Origin: Candidatus Woesearchaeota archaeon
Lineage (GTDB): Archaea > Nanobdellota > Nanobdellia > Woesearchaeales > WJIZ01
Length of the DNA: 45,397 nt
Assembly (NCBI GenBank): GCA_018221205.1
Contig: JAAOYF010000014.1
Location: 1-45,397 of the forward strand
Direction of reading: 5' to 3'
A program made the translations under genes and the position numbers. Shown here in pieces: positions 30,501 to 42,500 of this stretch. The first letter of the stretch is position 1. Each line of letters starts with the position of its first letter. Below the pieces are notes generated by a model, which saw nothing but the letters and a program-made list of their open reading frames with translations, had not been told where the DNA came from and ran no database searches.

Positions 30501-33500
30501 GCTAGACAATAACACCGCTTTCAGCACACCGACAACCATCTGCGACTCAACAGACGGCAACTGCACTTTTGATACGACATCACAATCACAATGTACTCAG
30601 CATACCTTCGACTGCTACCTGAAATTAACAGTGACGGATGATAATTATGCCACCAACAGCACCATTCTCAACATCGGCATTGACAATATTGGACCCACAA
30701 CGACAATACTGAGGCCATTGAACGGCACAAACATAAGCACCTCGGTCTATGAGATGAATGCTTCCATTGTAGATACAGGATCCGGAGTCAACACCACGAT
30801 CTTCGAACAGAGGCCAGATATACTGAGCGGATGGCAAGTAGCCTGTACAGATACTGACGGTACCTCGCCATTCAATTGCAGTTGGAATCTCGCATCCCTG
30901 GATGACGGCAAGAGCTATCAGGTCAGGATGCGGGCAAATGATTCTGAAGGCAACTACGGTAGCTATATCACAGTCTACAACATCACGGTAGACCGGTACG
31001 GTCCGGCAATCGATCTCAATAGTCCTGCAAACAATACCTGGAGCCTCAACGATATCATCTTCAGGTACACTCCAGATGATGCGTTCTCATACATTACGAG
31101 CTGCAGCCTCTATCTGAATGCGCAGCAGAATAAGTCAAATTCTTCAATAACAGATGGTCTTTCACAGAATGTCTCAGTATGGGATATGGCAGATGGCGAC
31201 TACAACTGGAGCATTCAATGTACAGATAGCCTCGGCAATCAGAACTCTTCATTGACAAGAAAGATAAAGATAGACAATACCGGCCCGACCGCATCTCTGG
31301 ACCAGCCGCAGAACTTCACTAACATCTCAGGCGCCTATACGGTAAATGCCACAGTCATGGATGCTGGGATAGGAATAAACGCAACATCATTCTACTACAG
31401 GCAGAACTTCTCAGCTTCATGGTCTTTGCTCTGCTCTGACACAACCGCCCCCTACGGATGCAACTGGAACACCCTTGGCTCTCCGGAGCGGAATTCCTAT
31501 GAAGTGAGGGCTTTTGCCAATGATAGCCTAGGAAATAGAGGAGCTAACTATACAAGCTACAATATCACGATTGACAACACCCCACCCTCTCTCGCGCTCA
31601 TCTTACCTGATAACAACAGCCAGGATATAGATGGCGCAGTGAATTTCACCTTCACTGTGTCAGATGCATTGATCGGCATCAGCCAGTGTATCTTGATCAT
31701 CAACAGCTCCACTAACGCAACATATAATTCGCCAGCAGAAGACGCAACCCTCGGTTTTTATGTCACGACGCTGAGGAATAATTCTCACCAATGGAGTGTC
31801 AACTGTACAGATACAGCAGGCAATACGCAGGCCTCAGATTTCAGGAATATCACCATAGGCCCAGATAATGACGCACCCCTCATCACCTTACTGACACCAG
31901 CAAATGAATCGACCTACACAAGCAGCGACATAGCATTCAATTATGTCGTTAATGACTTGCTTTCAGGAATAGCAAACTGCTCACTTTATTTCGACAGCCA
32001 GTTCAACCAGACCAATTCATCGGCGATAACAGAGGATGAGACAAACACATTCTCCATCAACAATGTTCCCAATGGCAACTACTCCTGGCAAGTAGAATGC
32101 ACGGACACAGCCGCCCCGCCGAATTCTGCGTTGAGTGTCATCCATAATTTCACCCTAGTCGAGACACAGGCATTGCATGTCAATGTGAGCCTGGATCAGA
32201 CAGTGTATGAACAGGGTGAGATAGCAATCATAAACTCTTCTGCAACTGACATCTTTGGCAACCCGATTGAGGCAAATGTGACGACAGACATCATTTTGGG
32301 AAAAACAGAAGTAGGATGGTGGAATTCCAGCTGGCTGCTCCGTAGAAGATTCAATCTAACCACTCCCGATGAGTCAAACAGGACCGCTGAGATAGTAAAG
32401 GTAAACATCTCAGGGCTAGGCGGTTCAATAGAGAGCTGCAGCAATGAGCTCCGCATAATTAGGGGCACAGTAGTGAAGACAGAGATATCCTTCACTTCTG
32501 AAGCAGGAGATGACAGCACATACTGTTATGTGAGATTCATTACGAATATAACCTATGGCACTCCAGAGATATATTACGCATATTACAATAATTCAAACGC
32601 CCCTGCACCAGGGTATTCAACAGTGGCAACACAGTACGTCGCGAATGGAAATATGAATGGGGCGTCAGACTGGACATATACAGAGACTGAAGCGAGTGAT
32701 GTTGGAGAATATTCTACAGCGCAATCAAATTCACCATCACGATCATATCATATCTACAATGACGGAACAAGTGGAACAATAGGACTCTATGGTGAAATCT
32801 ACCAAGATATTGAGCTACCTTGTGTTGGCTGCAATCTCACGATAAGTGCGTATAATAGGCTAGAAAGTGCAGGATCAACAGTTGCTGCATTTGTAGCCCA
32901 CATTATTATCGATACATTTTATTTATCAAGTATTGATTTTCCTGGAAGTGCCGGATCACCCATAGATTGGACGATACGAAGTAATACCAGCTATAGGCCG
33001 CAATCATCAACTGAGCGGCTTTATCTACGAATGACCACTAACATGGACTTCGCCGGATGGGGCCAGCGTGATTCCTATTGGGATGATGTTAATATTACGA
33101 TTAATAAACCAATTGATACGAGTATGGTCATGTCAGCGGAAGAGAATTGGATAAGCACCAACTCAAATGAGACAGGTGATGGTGGTTACTGGATATGGTA
33201 TTGGAGTACATACACCCAAGAAGTCAGCAATTATTCCGCTGTTTCATATGTGACAAATCCGAACTATAACCCCGGGTCCAATTCTTCCTTCTTCGAGATC
33301 CTGCCCGACACATCAAATCCAGCTGTTTCACTTATATCTCCACTGAATCTTTCCTGGAATAAGACAGGAAATGTGACCTTTAAGTACATTCCTACAGACA
33401 ATGCCCATCGGTTTGCGAATTGCTCGCTGATACTGAATGATGCATTCAACAAGACAAATTCATCTGCAATCACAGAAGCAGTCCAGAATAGCCTGAGCCT

Positions 33501-36500
33501 GAACAATATGGCAGAAGGAGCATATAACTGGAGCATCACCTGCTTCGATCTGGAAGACAACCAGAATACTTCAGTTACTCAATTCTTCTACGTGGATAAG
33601 ACTAAGCCCGCCATCAGCCTTGAATATCCTATTGACAGTTTCAATACATCGCTTACGACGATAAATTTCAATTTCACCGTAACAGATTATTTCTATCCAG
33701 ACAATATGAATTGTGAGCTCTACTATGACAGCAAAATCAACAATTCTGCATCACTCTTAGTGCCGAACGGAAGCTACAGCAATTACACAGTGAACAATAT
33801 GGTGGGAGGATCCCATACATGGAGAGTGACATGTCAGGACAACGCGACAAATCTTAACACCAGCCTCACAAGATCGTTCATTATCGACTTCATCGCACCA
33901 TCAACAACACTGAATGCACCAGAGAACAACAGCTGGGATGCCGATGGCTCTGTCCAGATGCAATACACACCAGTAGATACTTACCTCAAATCATGCGACC
34001 TCTGGGGTAACTTCTCAGGCAGCTGGGCATTCAATCAGACCGATAGTAATCCGTCCTCAGGAAGCCAGAACTCATTCAATGCGATAGCATTGACAGATGG
34101 CTATTACATCTGGGCTGTCAATTGTACAGATCATTCATTGAATTACAACTGGAGCAAAAATAATTTCTCCATAAACATCGACACTACGGCGCCGACAATT
34201 GACTTTGCAGGAGGCACCGCATCCGATGACTCTTATTATAATAGGGACTATATCTATGTCAACGTGACCGCTTCTGACTCCAATGAGGCCAATATCACCT
34301 TCAGGCTCTATAACACGACCTCAATAGTGAATATCACAACATTGCCTGCAGGCTATCGCGACATAAACTTTACCGGCCTGAACACGAACGAGCAGTATAC
34401 CTATAACGTAACGATACTGGACAAGGCAAGGAATAATGCCTCAACCTCAACAAGGACACTGACGCTGGACTCAATAAACCCGATAGTCAGCTTAGATGCT
34501 CCAGCTGACAGCCACCTCACTAATAGCACCATTATAACATTCAATTATACTTCCTTTAATACAAATGCCGATTCCTGCACAATCTACCATAATGCATCAG
34601 GATGGGCAGCAAATGATACCCAATCAGTCACTTCAGGAGTGCAGAAATCAGTCTCCAAGACATTCTTCGATGGAGATTTCATCTGGAATGTCTTCTGCAA
34701 TGATTCCGCAGGCAATGCTGCTTGGAACGCCACCAACTTCACTTTCATCATAGATACTACCGCACCTTCAATTGACTTCGCAGGCAATAATCCAGTAAAT
34801 AATTCAAATCAGAGTTCAAGTCAGGTCTTTATCAACACAACACATACTGAAGTCCATCCAGACACCATCAGGCTTTACTGGAATGGGGTCCAGAACCAGA
34901 CAAAGACATATGCAGCAACCTACACAAATTTCACCCTCATCCCGATAGCAGACGGCTCCTATACCTATTATGTCTGGATCAACGATACTGCCTGGAACAA
35001 GAACCAGACAGAGACGAGGAAAATAACTGTTGACACCACACCACCCACACTCTCCCTGAATGCACCAGAGAACGATACCTGGAGTAATGAACTGAGGACA
35101 CTCTTCAATTTCACCACAAATGATGCCCTCATCGGTGTCCAGGCATGCAGCTTAGTGATAGACAGCAAGCTGAATCAGACGAACAGTTCGATTAGTGAAG
35201 GAGTCTCCCAGTACTTCAATCATGTGCTTGGAAGCAGCTATGGGTACAACTGGTCTGTCAATTGCACTGATACATTAGGCAATGAGAATATCTCAGAGAC
35301 ACGGATCATCAAGATCGACAAGAGTCTTCCCACAATAACCGGAGAGAACATCAACGAGACCTCTCTAGAGGTAAACTTCCAGATCTGTTTGAACGTCTCT
35401 GTCACCGATACTTATTCCGATCTCGCTTCAGTCATAGCAACAGTTGAGTTCCCATCAGGTGAGCAGAACGTTTCCTTGAGCAACACAACAGGCTGCGGCA
35501 ATGTCGGCGGTAGTATCTGGACAGACGAACTGTCCTTGCCAGAGCAGGGCGATTACAATTGGACACGTACCTACGCGACTGACAACGCAGGAAACACCCA
35601 GCTCAATTATCTTTCTGTACAAAGGAACTGGTCTACCTTTGCCAATAACTTCCTGAACTCGACCATCACCAGGCCAATAGCAAATTTCGAGCTTAATGAA
35701 TCCACCGTAGCAGCAGTAAGCTACTACAACCAGTCTTGCGAGGCTTCCTGCGAAGTAAGCTCAACTCTGGACTGCGAAAATGTCTATATTTTTGCAGACT
35801 ACTATGACGGCAGCTGGACCAAGATCACGACAGCAACAACAAAATTCTACGCAGATGTCGACAACGGATCCTGCGGCACCGTGACAAAAGGAGATACCTG
35901 CAGCCAGCAGTTCAATGTCAGTGTAGGCACAAATGCAGGAGGCACGATCTATCCGATCAGATGTAGGGCTGCTTCAACCAATTCCGCAACCAGCTATTCC
36001 ACAGAAACGTTGGAAGTGAATGCAACCATCAATGATTTCCCTGTTGCCAGGTTCTCCCACCCGACGAATAGCACTTGGCACTACGGCGTCGAGATCCTGA
36101 ATGCATCGACATCGACAGACGATCAAGGCATTTCCTTATACAGCTTTGAGCTCGATAACAACCAAGCATTCAGCAGCCCGACCTTGCTCTGTTCAACCGC
36201 TGACGCAAATTGCACATTCAACACATCAGCGCAGACCGAATGCACCGAAGAAGTGATGGGCTGCTATCTCAGGCTGAATGTAACAGATTCAGACGGCCTC
36301 AAGAATTGGACCATCATAACCTTTGGAATTGACAATACCGGTCCCACTGCTGTCTTAGACAGGCCAAGAAACTTCACGAACACCTCTTCAAACGCTTATA
36401 CCGTTAATGCATCTCTCTCAGATGCAGGCAACGGCTCAATCTCCGCTGCAATATTCCAGTATAGAGAGAATTTCCAGGAGACATGGACTACAGCCTGTAT

Positions 36501-39500
36501 TGATTATACTGCACCATTCGCCTGCTCCTGGAACCTTGCAGCACTTCCAGACCACAACCAGTATGAATTATTGGTATATGGCAATGACAGCTTCGGCAAT
36601 ATCGGAGGAAATGACACTCACTATAACATCACTCTTGATAAGACCCCTGCAGCGATCACTCTTTTCAATCCAGACAACAATTCAGTTGATACAGATGGAT
36701 TCATTGCATTTAGCTACAACGTGACCGATAATCTCTCATCACCTTCATCTTGTACATTGGTCCTCAACTCAAAAGCAAATGAGACCAACTCCTCAGTCCT
36801 AGAATCACAGAACAACAGCTTCTCATTGGAATATATGGGAGAGCAGAAGTATAACTGGAGCATCAACTGTACAGACACCCTCGGAAATGTAGGGTCATCA
36901 GTAAATTATAATCTCACCGTGGATATCGATGATGACGCACCCAATATCACCCTGGTGGCACCAGAAAATGAGTCAACCTATACAAGCAAGGTCATCATCT
37001 TCCAGTATGATGTTGTGGATGCTCTATCAGGAATCGCCAATTGCAGCCTCTATTTCAACAATGAATTCAACCAGACGAACAGCTCGACAGTATCAGAAAG
37101 CGTGACCAATACCTTCACCATCACCAATGTCAACGACGGAAACTACTCCTGGTACGTGCAATGTGCTGATTCCAACTGGAAATATCATAGCGTAGGGACT
37201 TCAGATATCTTCAATTTCACCCTGGTCGTGACCACAAACATCAAAGTGAATGTCACCGCGAGCAGCGCGACCTATCAGCAGGGTGAGTTTGCAAACATCA
37301 CGACAAAGACAGTGGATAAGTTCAGTAATGCAATCAACACATCAGTCACTACCAGCTTCATAAATGCTTCTACGACCATACCTTGGTGGAATTCCAGCTT
37401 CTCCTATAGGCGTCAGATGAATATCACTAATCCGAGCACAGCTACTCTGTCTGCCAATTACACTGCCAACTATACCTTAGACACAACAGGATTCGTCTCA
37501 GCCGGTCTGATGCAGACCTCTGGCAAAGACTTGAGGATTGCGTGGTGGAATAACGAGACAAATAGCTGGACAGAGATGGACAGGCTCGTCACCAGCATGA
37601 ACACAGCCTCAACCACCGCCCTGTTCAAGATACGAAGAAATATCTCAGCCAGTTCTTCAGACCTCAGCTATTATCTCTATTACGGAAATAGTTCAGTGGC
37701 AGATGGGCCCACGGATAGGAAAAACATCTACTTCTACTTCGATGGCTTTGATACAGATACACTCAGCAATTATAATACTACAAGAGCATTCAGCTCCTCA
37801 TCAGAGGAATCAGATGATAATCTGACACATGATTCGCGCGGATGGATAAACTATTCTGGTTCAGCAAATTATGGTAAGTCGCTGAGAAAAGAGATTCCAA
37901 ATATCAAAGATGCGATTATAGAAATAGACCAATATGTCGACACCATGCTTGGAGCGCCCACAGCCTCAAGGCTCGAGGTAGCAGCGAAGATGAATGAAGA
38001 CAGCTATTATTACTTCTATGCCTCCACAAATCTCTTCAACAGCCAGCTCGGCAGGTATAATGACGGGTCAGAGACGTTCTCAACGACAAGGAATATCCAG
38101 TATACAGATGTCGACACCTGGTACAGGCTCAAGTTTGTCGTTTATGATAATGGCTCTAACGTCTATCTCAACTCTTATGTGGACGGATCGTTGATGATAG
38201 GCTATAATGATACTAATGTGCAGAAGCTCAACACTACCGGAGGCTTCGGTATAGGCAGCTATCAGCTAGACGGCAGATGGGACAATCTCACAGTGAGCAG
38301 GTACTTTGATACTCCGCCAACGTTCTCTACAAAAGGAGAGGAATACTTGGTCGCAACCCAAACAGAAGAGACTGGCCTGGACGGCATACTCACAATCTTG
38401 CAGGATACTATTACGTTCGAGACTGGCAGCCACACAGCAATTTCACTAGCTTCAAATCCAAACTATCTCAATGGTTTCAATTACACCACTATCACTATAG
38501 TGGCAGATACGGACTATCCGCAAGTGAGCCTTGTCTCTCCAGAGAATAATTCCTGGCTCAACAATCAGAACGTATCATTCGTCTATGTCCCAACCGATAA
38601 TACTCAGAAGTTTGCAAACTGCTCCTTGATCCTGAACAGTATCTACAATGAGACAAACTCTACACCACTGACCCATAATGCCCAGAATAATTTCACGTTG
38701 AATGACATGCCACAAGGCTATCACAACTGGAGCATAACGTGCTTTGATCTTGCGCAACAGCAGAATACCTCAGTCACGCAGTATTTCTACATCGATACTA
38801 CAGATCCTACGGTAACTCCCCAATATCCATCAGATGATTCTTATCTATCGCTAGTAGATATCAATTTCAATTTCACAGTGAGCGATAATCTTGATGCAGA
38901 GCTTCTGTGCAACCTGACATTAGACAGCAAGCAGAATAACTCTCAATATATCGTTGCCCAGAATGGATCGTATGCAAACTACACGATACATAACATCATC
39001 AATGGCAACCATACCTGGAGCGTGACTTGTTCCGATAACGCCACAAATGTACAGACAACCTCAACACTTTCTTTAGTTGTCGACACCATAGAGCCAGGCA
39101 TCACCTTGCAGGCTCCAGCACCAGCATTCGCGACCGGAGACGACTTCATCAGCTTCAACTGGACAGCAATCGATAATCTTGACACATCCTTGTTCTGTAA
39201 CCTCACTGTAGATGGCAAGGTGAATGCATCCACTGTTGTCTCTCCAAACGGCACCATGGTGAACCACACCACCCATAATCTAGGATTCGGCACCCATTAT
39301 TGGAATGTCACCTGCGAAGACACTTCCCTTAATACAAATACATCATTGACAAGAAACTTCACTATTTCAGGACAGCCGCCTTACTGGAGCAATAACCAGA
39401 ATTTCACTCCAGCTACTTATTCACCAACACAACAAAGCTCCTTTAACATCACCTGGCAGGATGACATCTCCATAAATTCAGCATGGTTCGAGAGCAATTA

Positions 39501-42500
39501 CTCAGGATCAAGGACTAATCTCAGCATGACTGATCTCGCTGCTGACAAATATAATTTCTCAGGCATATTGCCTGCAGGAACCCATTACTGGAGATCGCAC
39601 GCTAATGACTCTTCAGGATTATGGAATCAGACTAATGAATGGACCTTCACCATAGCAAAAGTGTCTACATCATGTTCATTGGATGTAAGCGCCTCTCCAG
39701 TAAGCTATAGCGTACAGACCCAGGCAAATTGTTCCTGTACAAATCTTGATCTCTCAGCGTCATTATTCAGGAATGGATCTGATGTCACATCGCAGAATGG
39801 CACTTTTACGACATTGGCAGCAGGAAATTGGTATTACACCTGTAACGTAACGTCCACCCAGAACTATACGACAGACTCAATCTCAAGATGGATAAATGTG
39901 ACACAGGCAGCAGGAACACTCAACCTCTTCATAAACAGCAGCACAGCAGACTATAGGTATAATGTAAGCTTCGACACCAATATCACCTGCCTACTAGCAA
40001 CACCTTCAACAGGAAACCTTACTATCTATGAAGACGGTGTCCAGATACAGTCAGCAATCGCCGACAGAGCAAACCTGACAAGGACATATACAGCACCAGC
40101 CCAGCACAACATTACTTGTATACTCGAGGATCATCTGAATTATACTGCGTCAGACTTCAGCTGGCTCAACGCCACAGACGAAGACAGCCTCTCCCTCTCC
40201 CAGAACTATCCACCACAGAACTACTACAATGACTCATCAGATCCTTATCAGATAACATTCGACTGTTCTGCCACCGATAACTATAATCTGCAGAATATCA
40301 CTCTTTATATGACGGGTCCATTGAATCAAAGCTTCGCTCCAAACCAATCTGCCTCCCTCACAGGCACATCCGATAGCGCAACATGGCCAGTGACATTAGG
40401 AAACGGCAATTATACGTGGAACTGCCTGGTCTATGATGAATATAATAATACATTATGGGGTGTGAACCGGACTGTTCTCATAAATTACACCATTGACATC
40501 AACATCTCCGATCTGGCAGGAAACAGGCTCGACTATACGCTCGAGAATCTTGGCCAGACAGACGGCCTTTACGATTTAAGGATAACATTCACATCAGAAG
40601 ATCCCGATGCAATGCTTATCAGAGGCTATAATGACACTGCAGAGGGTTACATACTCTTTGAATCTCCAACAAACGAGACATGGGGACAGGATAGTTATGC
40701 AATTTCAATAGAAGGAGCAGTCTTGAACAACTTGACCCTTACTTTAGTTGCGAATGGTTCCTATGTCTATAAGTGTGACAACTGGAATATGAGCAATCTG
40801 ACCTGTAAGGATGAGAATGTCTGGGACACGATTGCCCTGCCGACACTGAATCAAAAATATAACATAACCATAAATTCAACGGATCCAGGTTTCGTAGAGC
40901 TCAATATACCAGAATCTGATGTCTTAGATGACAGCATAGCAGGAGAATCTTCTCCATCAACAGAATGGGGAGGAGCATCAGTGACTGCTATCCAGAATTA
41001 CACAAATAACGCAGCCCATTCCATGTATAAATTCAATATCTCAAGTATACCCAGCGATGCAAATATCCAGAGCGCCACACTTTATCTTACCTGTAATCAG
41101 GAGAACCTCGAGTCAGGAGATAGCATCAGCTTCGGCGCCCATAGGGTCTATGGCAACTTCGGCTGGATTGAGGGAACAGGTTCTGGAATCGGTGGCGCAG
41201 CCTGCACAGGAGAAGAGTTCTGTTGGAACAATAAACCTACCCAAGGAACAGAATACAACGCAACAGCAGAAGATTCAGATACCTTCGGCAATGGATGCCC
41301 AGGAACACAAGTAGCATTGAACGTTTTCCATATGGTAAAGGCAGCCTACCTCAATAGCGAGGATAACATCTCAATCTATATCGTGCCGAACGGAACGACA
41401 GCTGGTACCGTAACAAATGATTGGATAAGGATCGCTTCTAAGGAAAACAACAATCCTGCAAGAAGACCAGTCCTTAATATTACTTATACGACTGTGCCTA
41501 AAGTCATCAATCTCACACCCAAAGCAGGAACGGTCTTCGATACGAATGTAGGAGTCAATATCTCAGCTAATGTGACAGACAACCCAGCTGCCGCGAACAT
41601 CTCATGGGTACTGGTCAACATCACCTTGCCAGATGCATCATTAGAGCAGATAAGGCTCAATAATACACAAGGAGATGACATCTACTATGGCAATTATTCG
41701 AACACTTCATTGATAGGGACCTATACAGTGAGATTCATAGCCAACAACACTGATGATGTAGAGAATGCGTCAGAGACAACATGGTTCTACATCCGGGATA
41801 GCATATCGCCGGTAGTGAGCCTCCAAAGCCCCATACCTAATTATTATAATGATACTAGCGATCCATCCGATGTCTTCTTTAACTGTTCGGTGACTGACAA
41901 TTATAACTTGCAGAATCTCACATTATACTTGACCGATTCATTGAATCAGAGCTTTGTTCCAAACAGCTCTGCCAGCATTAATGGCACATTTAATTATTCT
42001 ACCTGGACAGTCTCGCTAGGAAACGGAAACTACACCTGGAACTGCCTGGCATTTGACGAATTCAACAACACCGACTGGGGCATAAACCGGACAATATTGA
42101 TCAATTATTCTGACAAGCCGCCATACTGGAGCAATAATCAGAATTACACAGTAAGTACCTATTCCTCAACTGAAAGAAGCAGTTTCAATATCACCTGGGA
42201 AGATGACTATGGGGTAAGCTCAGTCTGGTTCGAATCCAACTACACAGGGACGGCAGAGAATTACAGTATGAATGCATTAGGCAGCAGCAAGTATAATTAT
42301 TCAGCAGTGTTCCCAGCCGGAACATTCTATTGGAGATCCTATGCAAATGACACATTGAATCAATGGAATCAGACAAGCCAATGGTTGTTTACAGTAGCGA
42401 GAGCTGCAAGCAGTGTAAATCTCTCACTCAATTACACAGATGCAGATATAACAATAGAAGCAGGCTCCACCATAAACATCTCAGCAGATCTTTTAATTCC

